DNA of 64,000 nt, taken from the NCBI GenBank assembly GCA_951406725.2, contig OX597820.1, positions 6,758,001 through 6,822,000 on the forward strand. The letters are read 5' to 3'. The notes under the pieces were generated by a model. That model saw only the letters and a list, made by a program, of their open reading frames with translations. It had not been told where the DNA came from and did no database searches. Position 1 is the first letter of the stretch. Every line of letters starts with the position of its first letter. Shown here piece by piece: positions 25,511 through 39,629 of this stretch. The position numbers and the translations under genes were made by a program. The stretch comes from Octopus vulgaris (taxonomy: Eukaryota).

Positions 25511-27069
25511 CAGCATAGACGTCAAGCATAAGGACAAGCTGTATATTTAAACATATTCATATCATGAGTAGAAAACAGATATTTACAATGATTCCGCTGC
25601 TAAACTTTTTAATTCTGATAAATAATCTAGCAGCAGAATCATTAATCAAGTAAGGATGTAATGCTTTAATTGATCACTTAAAGGAACGTGTACGAAGGAA
25701 AATACATGTATGTAGGGGAGAGTTTACCAACCAACTAGTTTTTCTAAACAGCTTCAAAGGGTATATAAAAGCTAGACAGTTATAAATGAACTTTGTATAG
25801 TTGTGGTGTATGTATGACGGAGCCAAGTATTTCGTTATAACAGGGAGTGGCCACTTAAGATCCCTTTCAATTGTTAGCTAGCAGGCACGGAAATGCTCAG
25901 CCCTATAAGTTCATCACATTGATGTCCTTAGAAGCTTAATTTCATTCTTTATATTGTTTATATATTTCTTCTTAATAATCTGACCGTGTAGAAAGTATTG
26001 TATTTTCATAATTAACCGGACGTGTTTTTGTTTTCTGTTTGTTTCCTTCTTTTTATTATTATTTTGTTTTCTCTGTCATTATCATCATGGGTTTACTTTG
26101 TCTGCAAACTGCTAAAAACAGCGCATTGCTTAGCGTGTTCATGCTTGTCTACAGTGAAATGACATTCTGACCTAACGAAGAATTTATTCAAAATACTTAT
26201 TGGAAGAAACACATCTTTCTCCTTTGGTGGATGGAAGTGATTACGCCATATGTTAATTATATCATCTCACCATTGTTCTACGGGTGTGACGGTGTGTGGA
26301 AACAATTGGAGTGATATCGAATAAAGAATACCATTCAATCTATTGCTTCTTATTCATATCACTTTCTCTTTCTCTATGTTTCTCTGTCTATCTATCTATC
26401 CCTGCCCACTCTCCCTCTACACACACATGCATATATATGTGAGTGTGTGAGCGTATAAACATGCAGAATTAGAGAAAGAAAGAGAGGGAGAGAAAGAAGA
26501 ATAGAACATTTGTACTTCTGTGCAGAACAATGCTGGCGTTGGTGTATATATTAATTGAGATGCCACGCACTTTTAAACCTTCGATTATGCCACTTAGTTC
26601 GAACAGCTGAACACGCACAAACACCTACGCACGTCATATGAAACGTTACCTTTTATTCCTAAGATGCAATCAAATCAGTGAAGTTCTGTGTATATCACTA
26701 TACAAATCAACACCATTCTTTCTAAATCTCTCCTTCTCTCTTGTTCTTTGTACACACACACACACACACACTCACGCATGTATATGCGTATCTGCCTACA
26801 CACATATCTATCTATCTATCTATACGTTTAGAGATGTATATATAAATATATATGTTAGTGTGTGTGTGTGTTTATTTATTTATGAATATATACGCCTACA
26901 CGTACTTCCAAAAACGCGCACAGACGCAGATGCAGAATTGTGATTATTTCTGCTTAGATAGTTACTCCTATATTGATGTAAATCTTGTATTTTGTAAGCG
27001 TGTGTCTTGATGATTCCGTCTGATTTAGCGTGTGTATAGACATATCATCCCCAGTGTGTGTGTGTGTAT

Positions 27070-27114
<45 letters not shown>

Positions 27115-27410
27115 TACCTATCTGCATAAGTGTGTGTGTGTGCGAGCATTTATTTATTGGAAATCTGTGCATATAATCCTTATGATGCACATATAAACGT
27201 GTGTTATTTGCGTGTGAGCGTGTATGTGTGCGTGTGTGCGTGTGCGTGTGTGTGCGCGCGCGTATGTTTGTGTTTTATTGTGTGTGTGTGCGTAGGTTTG
27301 TGTGTTATACTTACTTTGTATTTATGCGTCTTATGTTCGCGTTTGAAACAATATTTGCTAACTAAAATGTGCAAATACGCTGAATATATACACACACAAT
27401 AACACGCATA

Positions 27411-27453
<43 letters not shown>

Positions 27454-27533
27454 GCATATATAATTATACATATATATATATATACATTTATATGCATATA
27501 TATATATACATATATATATATACATTTATATGC

Positions 27534-27564
<31 letters not shown>

Positions 27565-28173
27565 CATTTATATGCATATATATATATATATATATACATA
27601 TATAAACATTTATATGCATATATATATATATATATACATATATAAATATACATTTATATGCACATATATATATACACATATACATATATATATATACATA
27701 TATATACATATATATACATATATACATATATATATACATATATATATATATACATATATATACATATATACATATATATATATACATATATATACATATA
27801 TATATACATATATATACATATATATATGTATATATATATATATGCACACACACACACACACACATATATATATAATGTAAATATGTTTAGGTATGCTTAT
27901 ATACATATGTATGTATGTGTGTGTGTATGCATGTATGTGTAGACGTGTGCGTATAAACTTCTGTTCATGGCGTCCCATACTGTATTTCAGTACGCCTCAC
28001 TGAGATTTGATTAAAATCACGTTTTGTATACCTTTTTTTTTTTCTTTATTTATGTTTATTTATTTATTTGCTACCAGCATTCTGTGACCTGGCAAATATT
28101 ATATAGATGAATTAGCAAAATATTGATGTCAAGACGCATCACTACGGGGGAAAGAGAGGGAAAGAGAATATAT

Positions 28174-28205
<32 letters not shown>

Positions 28206-28737
28206 CATATATATTCATATGCATATATATACACATATATATCACAGTGAGACAGACGTAGTTTATAAGTACAAATTACCGTTCCGATACTTGATGAACA
28301 GGTGAAGTGTACAGACGTGTTCTTAGGAAGAATTCCAGCAGTAATGATTATTTTCTTTAACAAGTTCATCAATAACTATGTTGTGATATGTCGTTTATTT
28401 CAGAAATATATTTGTTAAAAAGGAATATATATGCAATTGAGAATAACGATTAACATACGTATTTGTTAACGAATTGTTCGACGGGGTGTGTTCCATTTTC
28501 GGAAAAAAATGCAAACGAAAATTGCATTCCTGCTTTTAAGTTCTTTTATATATGTTACTCATACTAATATATATATATATATATATATATATCCGCACCT
28601 TATTAGTTATATATATTGTATAAAATGGTACCATTGTTTACTTCCAAAGCTCGTTGCAGTTAAGTATTCCACTTGAAAATGCTAGTAATCCAGCACCACT
28701 TTTGAAAGAGCTTCGTATTCTCATTGCCTGCTAGTGT

Positions 28738-28980
28738 TATCTATCTATCTACCTACCTACCTACCTATCTATCTGACTCTGTTTCTCAACCCATGTATAT
28801 GTCTGTGTAAGATCCAAAGATCTGCTACTGTTGTGTACCTCGCTCTCTTTCTCTATCTATCTACCTATCTACCTATCTATCAATCTATTTACCTATCCAC
28901 CTATCAATGTACCTACCTATCTAGCTATCTTACTGACTGTCTGTTTCTCACCCCATGTTTATGTCTGTGTAAGGTCCAAA
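28738..28980 (+). repeat. Diverged ~160-bp tandem duplication with (CTAT/CTAC)n
   Basis: TCTGTTTCTCA.CCCATGT.TATGTCTGTGTAAG.TCCAAA occurs twice. Confidence 0.8.
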
Positions 28981-29049
28981 GTCCAAGGCGTAGGAAGTTA
29001 ATCAGCTTCAAATAAATCCGTAGAAGATATCAAAAACAACTTTCAAGAA

Positions 29050-29520
29050 CAATAATGGTTTATTGGCGCAGAATGTTGAAAGTGAGTAGATAAAATCCCG
29101 TATACATATGTTTCAAAGCCAACGAAACCTCCAAAGTAGTAAATTATCCAGCCGAGGGATAGACCACAAGATACTCTTCTGGCCAAGTATCCCTTGATTA
29201 TATGAATTTTACATTAACATTAGCAGACCCCGTGTTAACTCGAGGATTTGGTCGAAATGCGTAGAAAAACAGTTTGTTTCCCCAGGAGTTTAACATGGGA
29301 TCTCCTAACAGTAAGGTAAACTTCATATAATCAAAGTACTCTTGGCCTGAAATGTAGCTTGCGGTCAACCTTTCTTTTGAGGGTCCACTAGCTATGTAGT
29401 GAAACATGTAGCTTGGACTTTACTCCATTCCCGTCTTCCACATCCTTCCTAAAGACACGACCTGATTTTACTGTCTCTTCTCAGAGCTCGTTTTTCTAGC
29501 GTCCATAAACTTCACATCGT
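29050..29520 (-). pseudogene. Possible decayed LINE apurinic-like endonuclease remnant
   Basis: VFRKDVEDGNGV and, downstream, LLLGD....SWG are in the order expected for the RKDR..GGGV and GDFN..WG motifs. The match is weak. Confidence 0.3.
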
Positions 29521-29919
29521 CTTGGCTTAACAGCCCTCACCGTTTGTGTTTACTGTTTTGCTCTTACTGTCCTATTTTTGTTACCACTTTAACCCTCCGC
29601 AAAAAAATCCCAAATTTTATTTAATTTTCTTTGCGGGAAGTACTGTTTTAACGAAGTCGCGTCTTCTCCCTACCTTCGCAACGCGGAGTAGATAAAACAT
29701 ATTTGTTTCTTTCGTTTTCTGTTTTTGTTTTTTTATGTTCTCGTTTCTCATTTTGTTCAAGTTCTTTTTATGTCCTTACACATATATGCATGTATATATA
29801 TGTAGGTATGTACATATATGTATGTATTTACATCGACTATTCATATATGTAACAATAACAGACGTATACAACGATATTATCGAAACAAATGTGTATATTT
29901 TAAATGAAATTTGGTGGAG

Positions 29920-30273
29920 GAGGGGCAGTCGTTTAGATCGAACACAATACGCAACTAGTAATTAATTTATCCGCCGTTCAAATTCCGCCGAGGTCGACTT
30001 TGCCTTTCATCCTTTCGGGGTCGATAAATTAAGTACCAGTTACGCACTGGGGTCGATATAATCGACTTAATCCATTTGTCTGTCCTTGTTTGTCCTCTCT
30101 GTGTTTAGCCTCTTGTGGGTAGTAAAGAAATAGGTAATTAATTTATCGACCCCGAAAGGAAATGATGAAAGGCAAAGTCGACCTCGGCGGAATTTGAGCT
30201 CAGAACACAAAGACAGACGAAATACTGCTCAGCATTTCGCCCGGCGTGCGAACGTTTCCGCCAGTGTGCCGCC
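29920..30273. mobile_element. Nested SINE family A pair: 5'-truncated plus copy (29972-30133) inside an older minus copy
   Basis: A 14-bp TSD, GTAATTAATTTATC, lies at 29958-29971 and 30134-30147. Confidence 0.88.
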
Positions 30274-30773
30274 TTATGTATTTTAAATATTATATTGATA
30301 CTAGTATGGAAGAACGAGGGACAATAATGCGGGTATCCCTGCAATCAACGGATATACAGTTATTCAATAACCAATCAGTAATCATTTTTCGTACCACTAT
30401 TCAACAATTAGTGACTTCGCGCAATCAGATCATGAATAATGGAACCGGACATTTATTGCTAATCAGTAATTCGATAATTTCATATCCCAGGCTTACCAGG
30501 AACCTGCGATTACTGTATTTAAGTGCATTGTCTTTTGTGTATTATCTTTAAATATGAGCATTTATAACATACACACACACGCGCCTATATTCATTTGTAT
30601 TTTATATTCGTTGGTAACGCGGCGGAAGTGAGTCAATTACAGCCAGGAAAACAGAATGCGTTGGTTGCTTCGGAGATGTAATAAAAGACAAGCGCTTGAC
30701 CAGGTTGCGGTGAAATGGAACAGAACTTGAAAGCGTATGGCGGCAAATTGAACTTCTAAACCACACGGTCATA

Positions 30774-30936
30774 CAGAGAGAGAAAGAGAGAGAGAGAAAC
30801 TGACAGACAGACAGAGAGAAACAGACAGAGATAGAGACAGACAGACAGAGACAGACAGAGAGATAGACAGACAGAGACAAGCAGAGACAGACAGAGATAC
30901 ACAGAGAGAGATAGACAGACAGAGACAAGCAGAGAC

Positions 30937-31017
<81 letters not shown>

Positions 31018-31127
31018 GAGATAGACAGACAGAGACAAGCAGAGAGAGAGAGAGAGAGTCAGATTGAGAGATAGACAGAGACAGACAGATAGACGAACAG
31101 ACAGAGGCAATGACCGAGAGACAGAGA
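30774..31127 (+). repeat. (AG)n/(AGAC)n purine-rich array
   Basis: Directly visible. Confidence 0.95.
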
Positions 31128-32726
31128 AAAATCAAGTCTCATACTGGACTAACTCTTTACTTATCGATCCCGAAAGGTTTAGATTGATTTTGTTGGGATT
31201 CGAATTCAAGTAACTCATCCCGCAAAACATTTTATCCATCGATCTATGATTTCAGTCAAAGTTCCGACATACAAGTCTCAAAATATATCGGTTTTTATTT
31301 ATTTATTTATTTTATTTTATTTTTTGTTACTGTTAACTCCTCATTATACAGTATTGTTGAACTCTGAGTATAAAAATAAAGTAGACTAAAAAAATTTAAA
31401 CATTCACATCTTTCTACGCTTAATATTGCTGACATGCATAAAAAAATGAACCTTCAGTGCAGAATAATGTTTTGTGTACTTCTAGACAGTATCTGGCTTG
31501 TAACCCATATTTCAATTCATTAATCACTGATAAAATTCTCATTTTAGTAGCAGCACACTGCACCTGCCGCTTTCCTCACTGTAATTGTCTTCGGGATATA
31601 ATTAGCCTCTACACACACACACACAGCTTGGTGTGTGTGTTACTACTCTCCCTTTGATAAAATATCCCATGTTTTTTTTAAAGTGTGGCTACTGCAAGTG
31701 TATTTGTGAATGCTTAATGATTTCGTTCATGTAAAATGAATGATTATATTTGCGAAAATGTAGATTAAAATACAAAACTTTCATCTCAGTTTTGTCTTAA
31801 ATGCCAAGCTGAATAATTAAATTCAAGTATCATCTTTGACTAGGCGACATTATTAACTGTTGGAAAACTGATATTTTTACCGTGAAATTAAATCTGGAAG
31901 ATGTTATTTTTAGCAGCTTCAGAAAGGTGTACGTGTGTATCAGTGGGTAGATAAATACAGGTTTCAAATTTTGGCACAAGGCCAGCAATTTGAGGGAGGG
32001 AGGCGGTAAGTCAATTACATCGATGCTAGAGGTCAACTAGTATCTATTTTATCGAAATTGAAAGGATGAAAGGTAAAGATGACCTCAGTGGAAATTGAAC
32101 TCAGAACATAAAGGCGGACGACAGGATGTTGAGCACTTTTTCGGACATGTTAACGATTCCGCCAGCTTTGGGTAGATCAATGGTAGCAGTAAACAATGGT
32201 GTGTCCTTCACACAATGATTTAACGCATTCGGTTGAGCCTCAGACAAAATGTAGAGGCGGCGGCAGATTCTTGAGTACGTCTGTCAAAGTTCCATGCGGT
32301 ATTTTGTGAAGATCACCTTGCTTTGAGAGAAAAACACAGTATAATCACATAAGTCACAGATGTATTACAGCTGCAGTTATGCATACACATATATACACCT
32401 ACGCATACACACATATACACGTACACTTATACATATATACATACATACTTGTATACATATACACACATATACGTATACATATATGTAACACGCCCACAAA
32501 CGCCTACGTATATAGAGAATACACATATAAACGTGTTTAATTATATTATGGAAAAGCAGAGAGTAGACCGAAGACACGTCTCGTTCTTGTATCCTTTTAA
32601 ATATTTGTTTTCTACTGAGAGACATACACTCCCCACTGAACCTCACCATCACCGGTTAGTGAACCAGGAGATTACCGAGGGGTTACTCGGAACAAACAAC
32701 GCTTACATTCACGCAATGAAAAAACC

Positions 32727-32769
<43 letters not shown>

Positions 32770-32770
<1 letters not shown>

Positions 32771-33300
32771 GATTCTACATCTCACTTCTCTTCTCTTCCC
32801 ACGGGGCTGATCGGCCAGCTTACTCTCTCTTTCTTGGTCTGACCGTGGTCCGTGCAACATCGATATTCTTCCCTGTGTTTGTGAAATTCTTGTATCTTTG
32901 CCGTAAGGCTTCATTTCCACACACGCCAGCTTAATTCAATTCGTCCTTAGTCGAAAGACACCTGTTATGTCATGTTATTAATTTAATTGTATTTATTATT
33001 GTATTTATATTTATGTAACATTGTCCGTTATTTCCGTCGTTGTTTTCTTATACATTCGCTGCTTTCTTCCAAGGAATCTAATGCTCTTAGCTTAGCTTTT
33101 TGGGGGAGCTAGCCAGATTGGAGCAATCTCATGAATAATCAGCCGAAATATTCTGGTTCTTGACTGAAGATTGAAAGCTTCGAATGACCTGTCCTTGTTT
33201 TCTTTGTATCGTCTATGTGGATGTTTTGTTGTCCCTTTTGTATCACCTAGTTGTCCGGATATTTTGCGTTCTTGTCCCATTTTGTATTTTATATATATTT
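32770..33300 (+). mobile_element. (TA)n-flanked interspersed repeat; shorter copy at 7988-8115
   Basis: TCAGCCGAAA...GGTTCTTGACTGAAGATTGAA...CGTTCTTGTCCCA is shared by both loci, and each is bounded by (TA)n. Confidence 0.75.
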
Positions 33301-33306
33301 GCACTC

Positions 33307-33372
<66 letters not shown>

Positions 33373-35305
33373 ACGAGTGCTTGCAATGGGAAGAACCCCT
33401 TTAGTAAGTTCCATCTTTATCCTGGAGATTGAGAATCTAAAATTCTATTGAAGAGTATGTTCATTTTTAAGATGGCAATGTGTTTTACGAAAAATATTTA
33501 GCGGTTGTTTGGATAATTTGAGAAATAACTGACAGAATATATCAGACAGCGTTAGGCTCCTGTTTGAAATGGACCCGAAATATTAACAATGGAATCCCTC
33601 ACAACTGATATATCTGAAAATCTTAGAAGCCAATGAGAAAACCTCTATACTGTGAGAAACAGCAAGAAGCCATATAGCCCCTACATCACACACCCAGTTT
33701 TCCGAATAATGAAGAAATTATATAGTGTTGTTAGCTATCACTAAACATAAAATGGTTGCACCTGGAAAGGCCTTGATCAGAGATCTAATCGATCCAGTTA
33801 ATACAGCAAATAATGTGTTTATTTTATGGTTCTTAGAATGGAGTGGAATTCGATCTCTATATTTCCTCTGTTGCATTTTAAAGGTTTCATAGAAGCATCA
33901 ACCTTTACAACAATAGTAACTAAAACATTGATAGCCATCATCAATTTTGTTTCTCTTAAGTGATATGTTATACCATTATACTACTGTACCACTTTGGAAT
34001 ATTTCAGCCATGAAACTGCCACTTAGAGAATGGAAAAATCTCTTTTTTTTTATTTTTATTTTGTACTTTAGTCTTGGAGTAAAGAATGGACAGCATTGGC
34101 GTGCTGCGTTTGGAAAACGGAAGCGTTTCAAATAGATTCATATCGAAAACAACGTACAAAAGCGGAAACTTTAAAGAAAACATTTTGAAGAGCTAAATTA
34201 ATGTATTCTTTTGTAGAAATGACATAGCAGAAAGCTTAAAAAAAAATATATTTCCCCCTGACATTTCCGAATATTCCACTCACATATTCCTTAAGAAAAT
34301 AACAACGATCTATTGTTTGGTAAATGAAAGAAACTAAATGCTTCCATAGAAAAAAATTCACTGTAGTCTGATTCTCGTAATAAAAAATAAATAATCTGAA
34401 ACGAACAAATCTGGTTTGAAAAATATACTAAACACGATTTTCTTATCTTAATGATGTTGAAAGTAGAATGGGATTCAACATAGGTTCTCGACCACATCTA
34501 ATGTTTTTGGGAATAATGTTAGAAATACGTGCCTTCATGCTGGCTATGGTTTAACAAGTAATAACATTACTACAATGTTATGGATTTTTTTCTCTTTCTA
34601 AGCCATCTTGTCACTAGAATCATAAACACTGTTTAATTAATAGTGAAAATATTTCGAAATAGGCATCAAATGTCTGACAAATGGCTGAATACTGAAACAA
34701 ATGCATCCATTGATTAGAAACCTGAATATTGACATCGATTAAACCAGTGAATTATATCTATAGAACAATATTGAAATATTTGATCTATGAAATGCATTTA
34801 CAGAATTTTTGTTTAATTTTTATTTGCTTATTTTTATATTTCAATCTGATTAAATTAAAATTCTCAATTTGTCACATTTCGTAAATCGTTTTGAAAGCTA
34901 CTTTGATTTCCAAATTCATTTTATGCTTTTGAAGTAAATTTATCTCTTTAAAACTTCTGCATAACTTGTAGAAAAGTTTGACATGAGGCACGGAAGTCTC
35001 GATACGTTTAAGTATCACGACTTTCATGTGATTAATTTATCAATATCAAAAATGAACAGTAATTTATCGTCCATGAAATATTTTTTCTCTGGCCTATATC
35101 ACTTAGAATAATGTGTGATATTTGTGGTCCCTTTCAAGTTAATACGTTAAACCTATAGTTGTCAAACATAAGTAAGGTAAATCCCTCTTGTATATTTAGT
35201 CCTTGGGTACAACACTTTGATCTGATGTGAAAGTTCGGGAAACGATTTTCATAGAGTTTTACAAAACAAAGAGGTTACAAAAAGAGAATAGTGAACAAGA
35301 TGTTA

Positions 35306-35359
<54 letters not shown>

Positions 35360-36702
35360 TTCATCTTTTGTGAAAGTGCGAGATGAAGTTCTTAGGGTTT
35401 TAGGATTATGATCTTAAATTAATGAGATCAAACCCCGTACCACATGTTGCATTTTGCCCTTCCATATTGCTCTACTTTTCTTAACTAGAAATGAGTAACA
35501 GTTGGTTGTTTTTGGTGCAGGTCTCTCTCCCTCTAGCTCTCACATATTTGTTGTTCCACTGGATCAAAAGTGGAAGGTTTGAAAAGGTGGTCTCTGTCTG
35601 TTTGCGACTGCATAGTCACCCAAAACAGTTGCCAATAACAGGCAACAATTTATCAAATCATTTTCCTAGCGACTGACGACTAAAATTAGTATTTACTCTA
35701 AAATAGTGGCCTTCTCATAAACGCTGTGTCACTAAACCACTTAATTAATACGTGTCCTTCATCAACGATGTTTTCGTAAGCAATTCTTCAAAAAAGCATC
35801 ATTTCGCTTCCTTATAGAGTTGCAGAAAATTTCTTGCGCTCTCACGATTTTTCTATAAATTGGGCACGACTATCACCGAAGACAACTTCTGGTAAATTCA
35901 CGCCATTAACTAAGCTAGGGCTATATCCTAAATACTGGTCCTTTTCCGGGGCGGAAAATATATTACACACGCGGACCCTTCTTTACACACTACGAAGGTC
36001 AATTGTGGAGCAAAATCGAGTAGCGTTCCCACATCTGGGATGGCATACAGAGACATCCTCAACTGCATTCAGAGGCCATATTGTAGCTATCATCCCAGGA
36101 TCCACATTAACAATGACGACCAGTTTTTTCATCTCATAAGATTTACCTTCTGGGATATTTTTCCTGTGCATGATTTTACGGTTGGTGCTGAATAAAAAAC
36201 GTCACCAGTCAGTCGTGGTGGCACCGAAAGGACCATAAGCGTTTGATCTTCCTCTAGATCTATCATAGGAATAAAAGGAATCCACTTTGCACCAGTAGCT
36301 CTCTCTTCATAACGTGGACGTTACATATATACAGTACCTGTCTACCAGCAACCAGGGATTAAGAAGCGGATGCTGGTGTTGACGGGAACGAAAGTCAAAA
36401 CTAATCCAGAAGCAACCTCCTTCCTTTTTCTCTCTCTTATGCCTTCTTTTATATGCTCTCGCATCACCTCCTCTCTCTCTCTCTCTTTTTCCCTCTGGTC
36501 CATAAAATGTTGGAAGTAACACGGTGCTATGTTTTTCATGACGCGAGCAAAATTTTATTCATCATATCTATGGTCACAAAACTTCGATCAAACTTGTAAC
36601 CACAGACACTGTTCTTGCTTCATTTCTTTCTCTCTTTATCTATGCATATATGACTATACACGCACACACACAACGAAACATTCACTTATGTTGATATGTA
36701 CC

Positions 36703-37437
36703 TGTATGTATGTATGTATGTATGTATGTATGTATGTATGTATGTATGTATGTATGTATGTATGTATGTATGTATGTATGCAGACGGTGTATGTGTGTCT
36801 ATATATGTGTATGTATGTGTGTATGTATGTGTGTATGTATGTGAGTGAGTATATATGTGTATGCATATATGTGCGTGTATGTATGTGCGTGTATGCGTGC
36901 ATGTTTGTGTATGTGTGTGTATGTATGTGCGTGTGTGCTTGTATGTGCGTGTGTGCTTGTATGTGCGTGTGTGCTTGTATGTGCGTGTATGCTTGTATGT
37001 GCGTGTATATATGTGCATGTATGCTTGTATGTGTGTGTATATATGTGTGTGTGTATGTGTGTATGTGTGTGTGTATGGATGTGTGTATGGATGTGTGTAT
37101 GGATGTGTGTATGGATGTGTGTATGGATGTGTGTATGGATGTGTGTATGTGTGTGTGTATGTGTGTGTGTATGTGTGTGTGTATGTGTGTGTGTGTATGT
37201 GTGTGTGTATGGATGCGTATATGGATGCGGGTATGGATGCGGGTATGGATGCGGGTATGGATGCGGGTATGGATGTGTGTATGGACGTGTGTATGGACGT
37301 GTGTATGGACGTGTGTATGGACGTGTGTATGGACGTGTGTATGGACGTGTGTATGGACGTGTGTATGGGCGTGTGTATGGGCGTGTGTATGGGCGTGTGT
37401 ATGGACGTGTGTATGGACGTGTGTATGTTTGTATGTA
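36703..37437 (+). repeat. Compound micro/minisatellite ((TATG)n evolving into 18-mer and 12-mer units)
   Basis: Successive blocks of GTGTATGGATGT, GGGTATGGATGC, GTGTATGGACGT and GTGTATGGGCGT. Confidence 0.95.
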
Positions 37438-37771
37438 TGAACGTGTGCGTGTATAAGTATGTAAAGTGATAGATAGACCGAGAGAGGAACCGGAGAAGAT
37501 TGATTGACTGAACTTCGGGTTACAAACTAGAGACCGCTCTTTTGTTTTTCGTTTTTTGTTTTTATACTATAATTTAAATTTACTAGCCTCAAAACCAAAA
37601 TATGAAGTCATCTATCTACCTATCACTCTATCCATCTACCTACTTGTGTATCTGCACGTGTATCTATCATGTATCTCTCAAATAATGCATATATATATAT
37701 ATATATATACATACATACGATCATACATACATATATACATGCAATCATACATACATACATACAGATGTATG

Positions 37772-37812
<41 letters not shown>

Positions 37813-37967
37813 GTCTATACACACATATTTACATATATATGCATGTATATATACACGTGTATACATACATATATACTATTTAGACATATTTATACACGTG
37901 TATATATGTATATATACATATATACTATATAGACATATATATATATATAGACATACATATACACGTG

Positions 37968-38008
<41 letters not shown>

Positions 38009-38219
38009 GTGTCTTTATGTGTGTAAATATATACATAGCTATGTGTATATAAATGTGTATATGTCTGCATATATATCAGTGCGCAATATATCACGTTTTA
38101 TTAGCTCTTTATTTTAAATTGAAAAGTCAAATGCTATTACGTTTTCTTCATAAATATATATTTGCCTCAAGTTATATACACTCATATATAGTTCTAGACT
38201 CGTATAAACTCTTATACAA

Positions 38220-38267
<48 letters not shown>

Positions 38268-38492
38268 TTTTTTTTTTGTTGTTTCTCACTTTTCTGTGAC
38301 AAGAAAATTTTCACTTTTTAAAAGCTTTCATCGAACCTAAATTTTTACGATGTCGTTTCTAATATGGTTATTGTAATATTCTGTATGCGCATGCGGCCAC
38401 GTACACACGCACATACTTACGTCTATATACAATCACAATGCACACACGCACATATATGCACGCACGCACGCACGCACACAAACACACATATT

Positions 38493-38532
<40 letters not shown>

Positions 38533-39204
38533 CATACAATGTGTATGTATGTGTATCTGTATATGTATATATGAACGTGGATAAGTAACTGTATGTATGT
38601 ATGTATGTAGAAAATAAATCTTAAGAAATAATCGTCAAAAATCAAAATATATATTTTAAACTAAAGATATACCTTGCCGGAAGCACGATAGAATTTGAAA
38701 TATTTCCGTTTAACAGCTTAGTGATAAAGATCTCTGGTGATCTCAAATACCGGTAATTATTAAGGAACATTCTTTAGCCAACGGTTCACCTATTCCCTGA
38801 TCACCTTTTCTGCTTTGGGTGCAACGAGGTCTGCTTGAAATCTCTGTATGACTTAAGAAAAGAGGAACAAAAATACCCCACTTAATTGCTAATACATTCC
38901 TTGTGAAACTCTCTCTACGCTAGCAAGCTGGTTTACTTCTGGCTATAATTATTCTTTCATTGCTGATGTGTGTCTGAAGAAGAAATAACTTGTGTAGTTT
39001 CGCATATATCTTGTGACCTTGATTAATATAGTGAAATGTTGTTTTGAAGGAAGGGGTAGATGTCATCTGTAGCTAACTACTATTACTGACGCTTAAGGGG
39101 ACACGTACCCATGTTGGAGTCCAGGAAATGTTAGACAACAAATAGCTTCTCGAGGCGTGTTACTTCAGATATCTGAGAACGAATGTTTAATCTAAGAAAA
39201 GTTT

Positions 39205-39629
39205 TCTCTTTTATCATTTATTTGTTTCAGTCATTAGACTACGGCCATGCTGGGGCACCGCCTTGAAGAATTTTAGTCGAACAGACCAGACAAACTTCTT
39301 GTGTTTTGTTTCTAAAGCTTGGTATCTATTATATCAGTTCTTTTGCTGAACTTCTAACGTACAAGGACGTAAACAGACCAACACTGATTGACAAGCTGTG
39401 GTGGCAGACAAGTACAGACACAAACACACACGCGCACACACATAAAGATGCATGTATATATATATACGACGGGCTTCTTTCTGTTTCCATCAACCAAATC
39501 CACTCACAAGGTTTCAATCGGACCGAAGCTATAGCTGAAGACTCTCGTCCAAGGTACCACGCTGAGTGACTGAACCTGGTAAAATGTGGTTGGGAAGCAA
39601 ACTTCTTACCACACAGCTACGCTTGCGCC
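39205..39629 (-). mobile_element. SINE family B, full length, diverged
   Basis: Collinear with the reverse complement of 11004-11420. Confidence 0.88.

Noticed and set aside
35700-36250. Possible Tc1/mariner transposase remnant (also 24267-24449 and 51640-51800)
   Set aside because: Only vague motif resemblance (IWPLN, HLYPLK, RPPGGGRK), with no DDE/D triad or TIRs recognisable.
36529-37469. 200-300 aa ORFs rich in C/V/M/Y
   Set aside because: They are translations of TG/TATG-derived minisatellites, open in several frames, with no domain content. The same applies to the many YI/HT/CV ORFs across the window.
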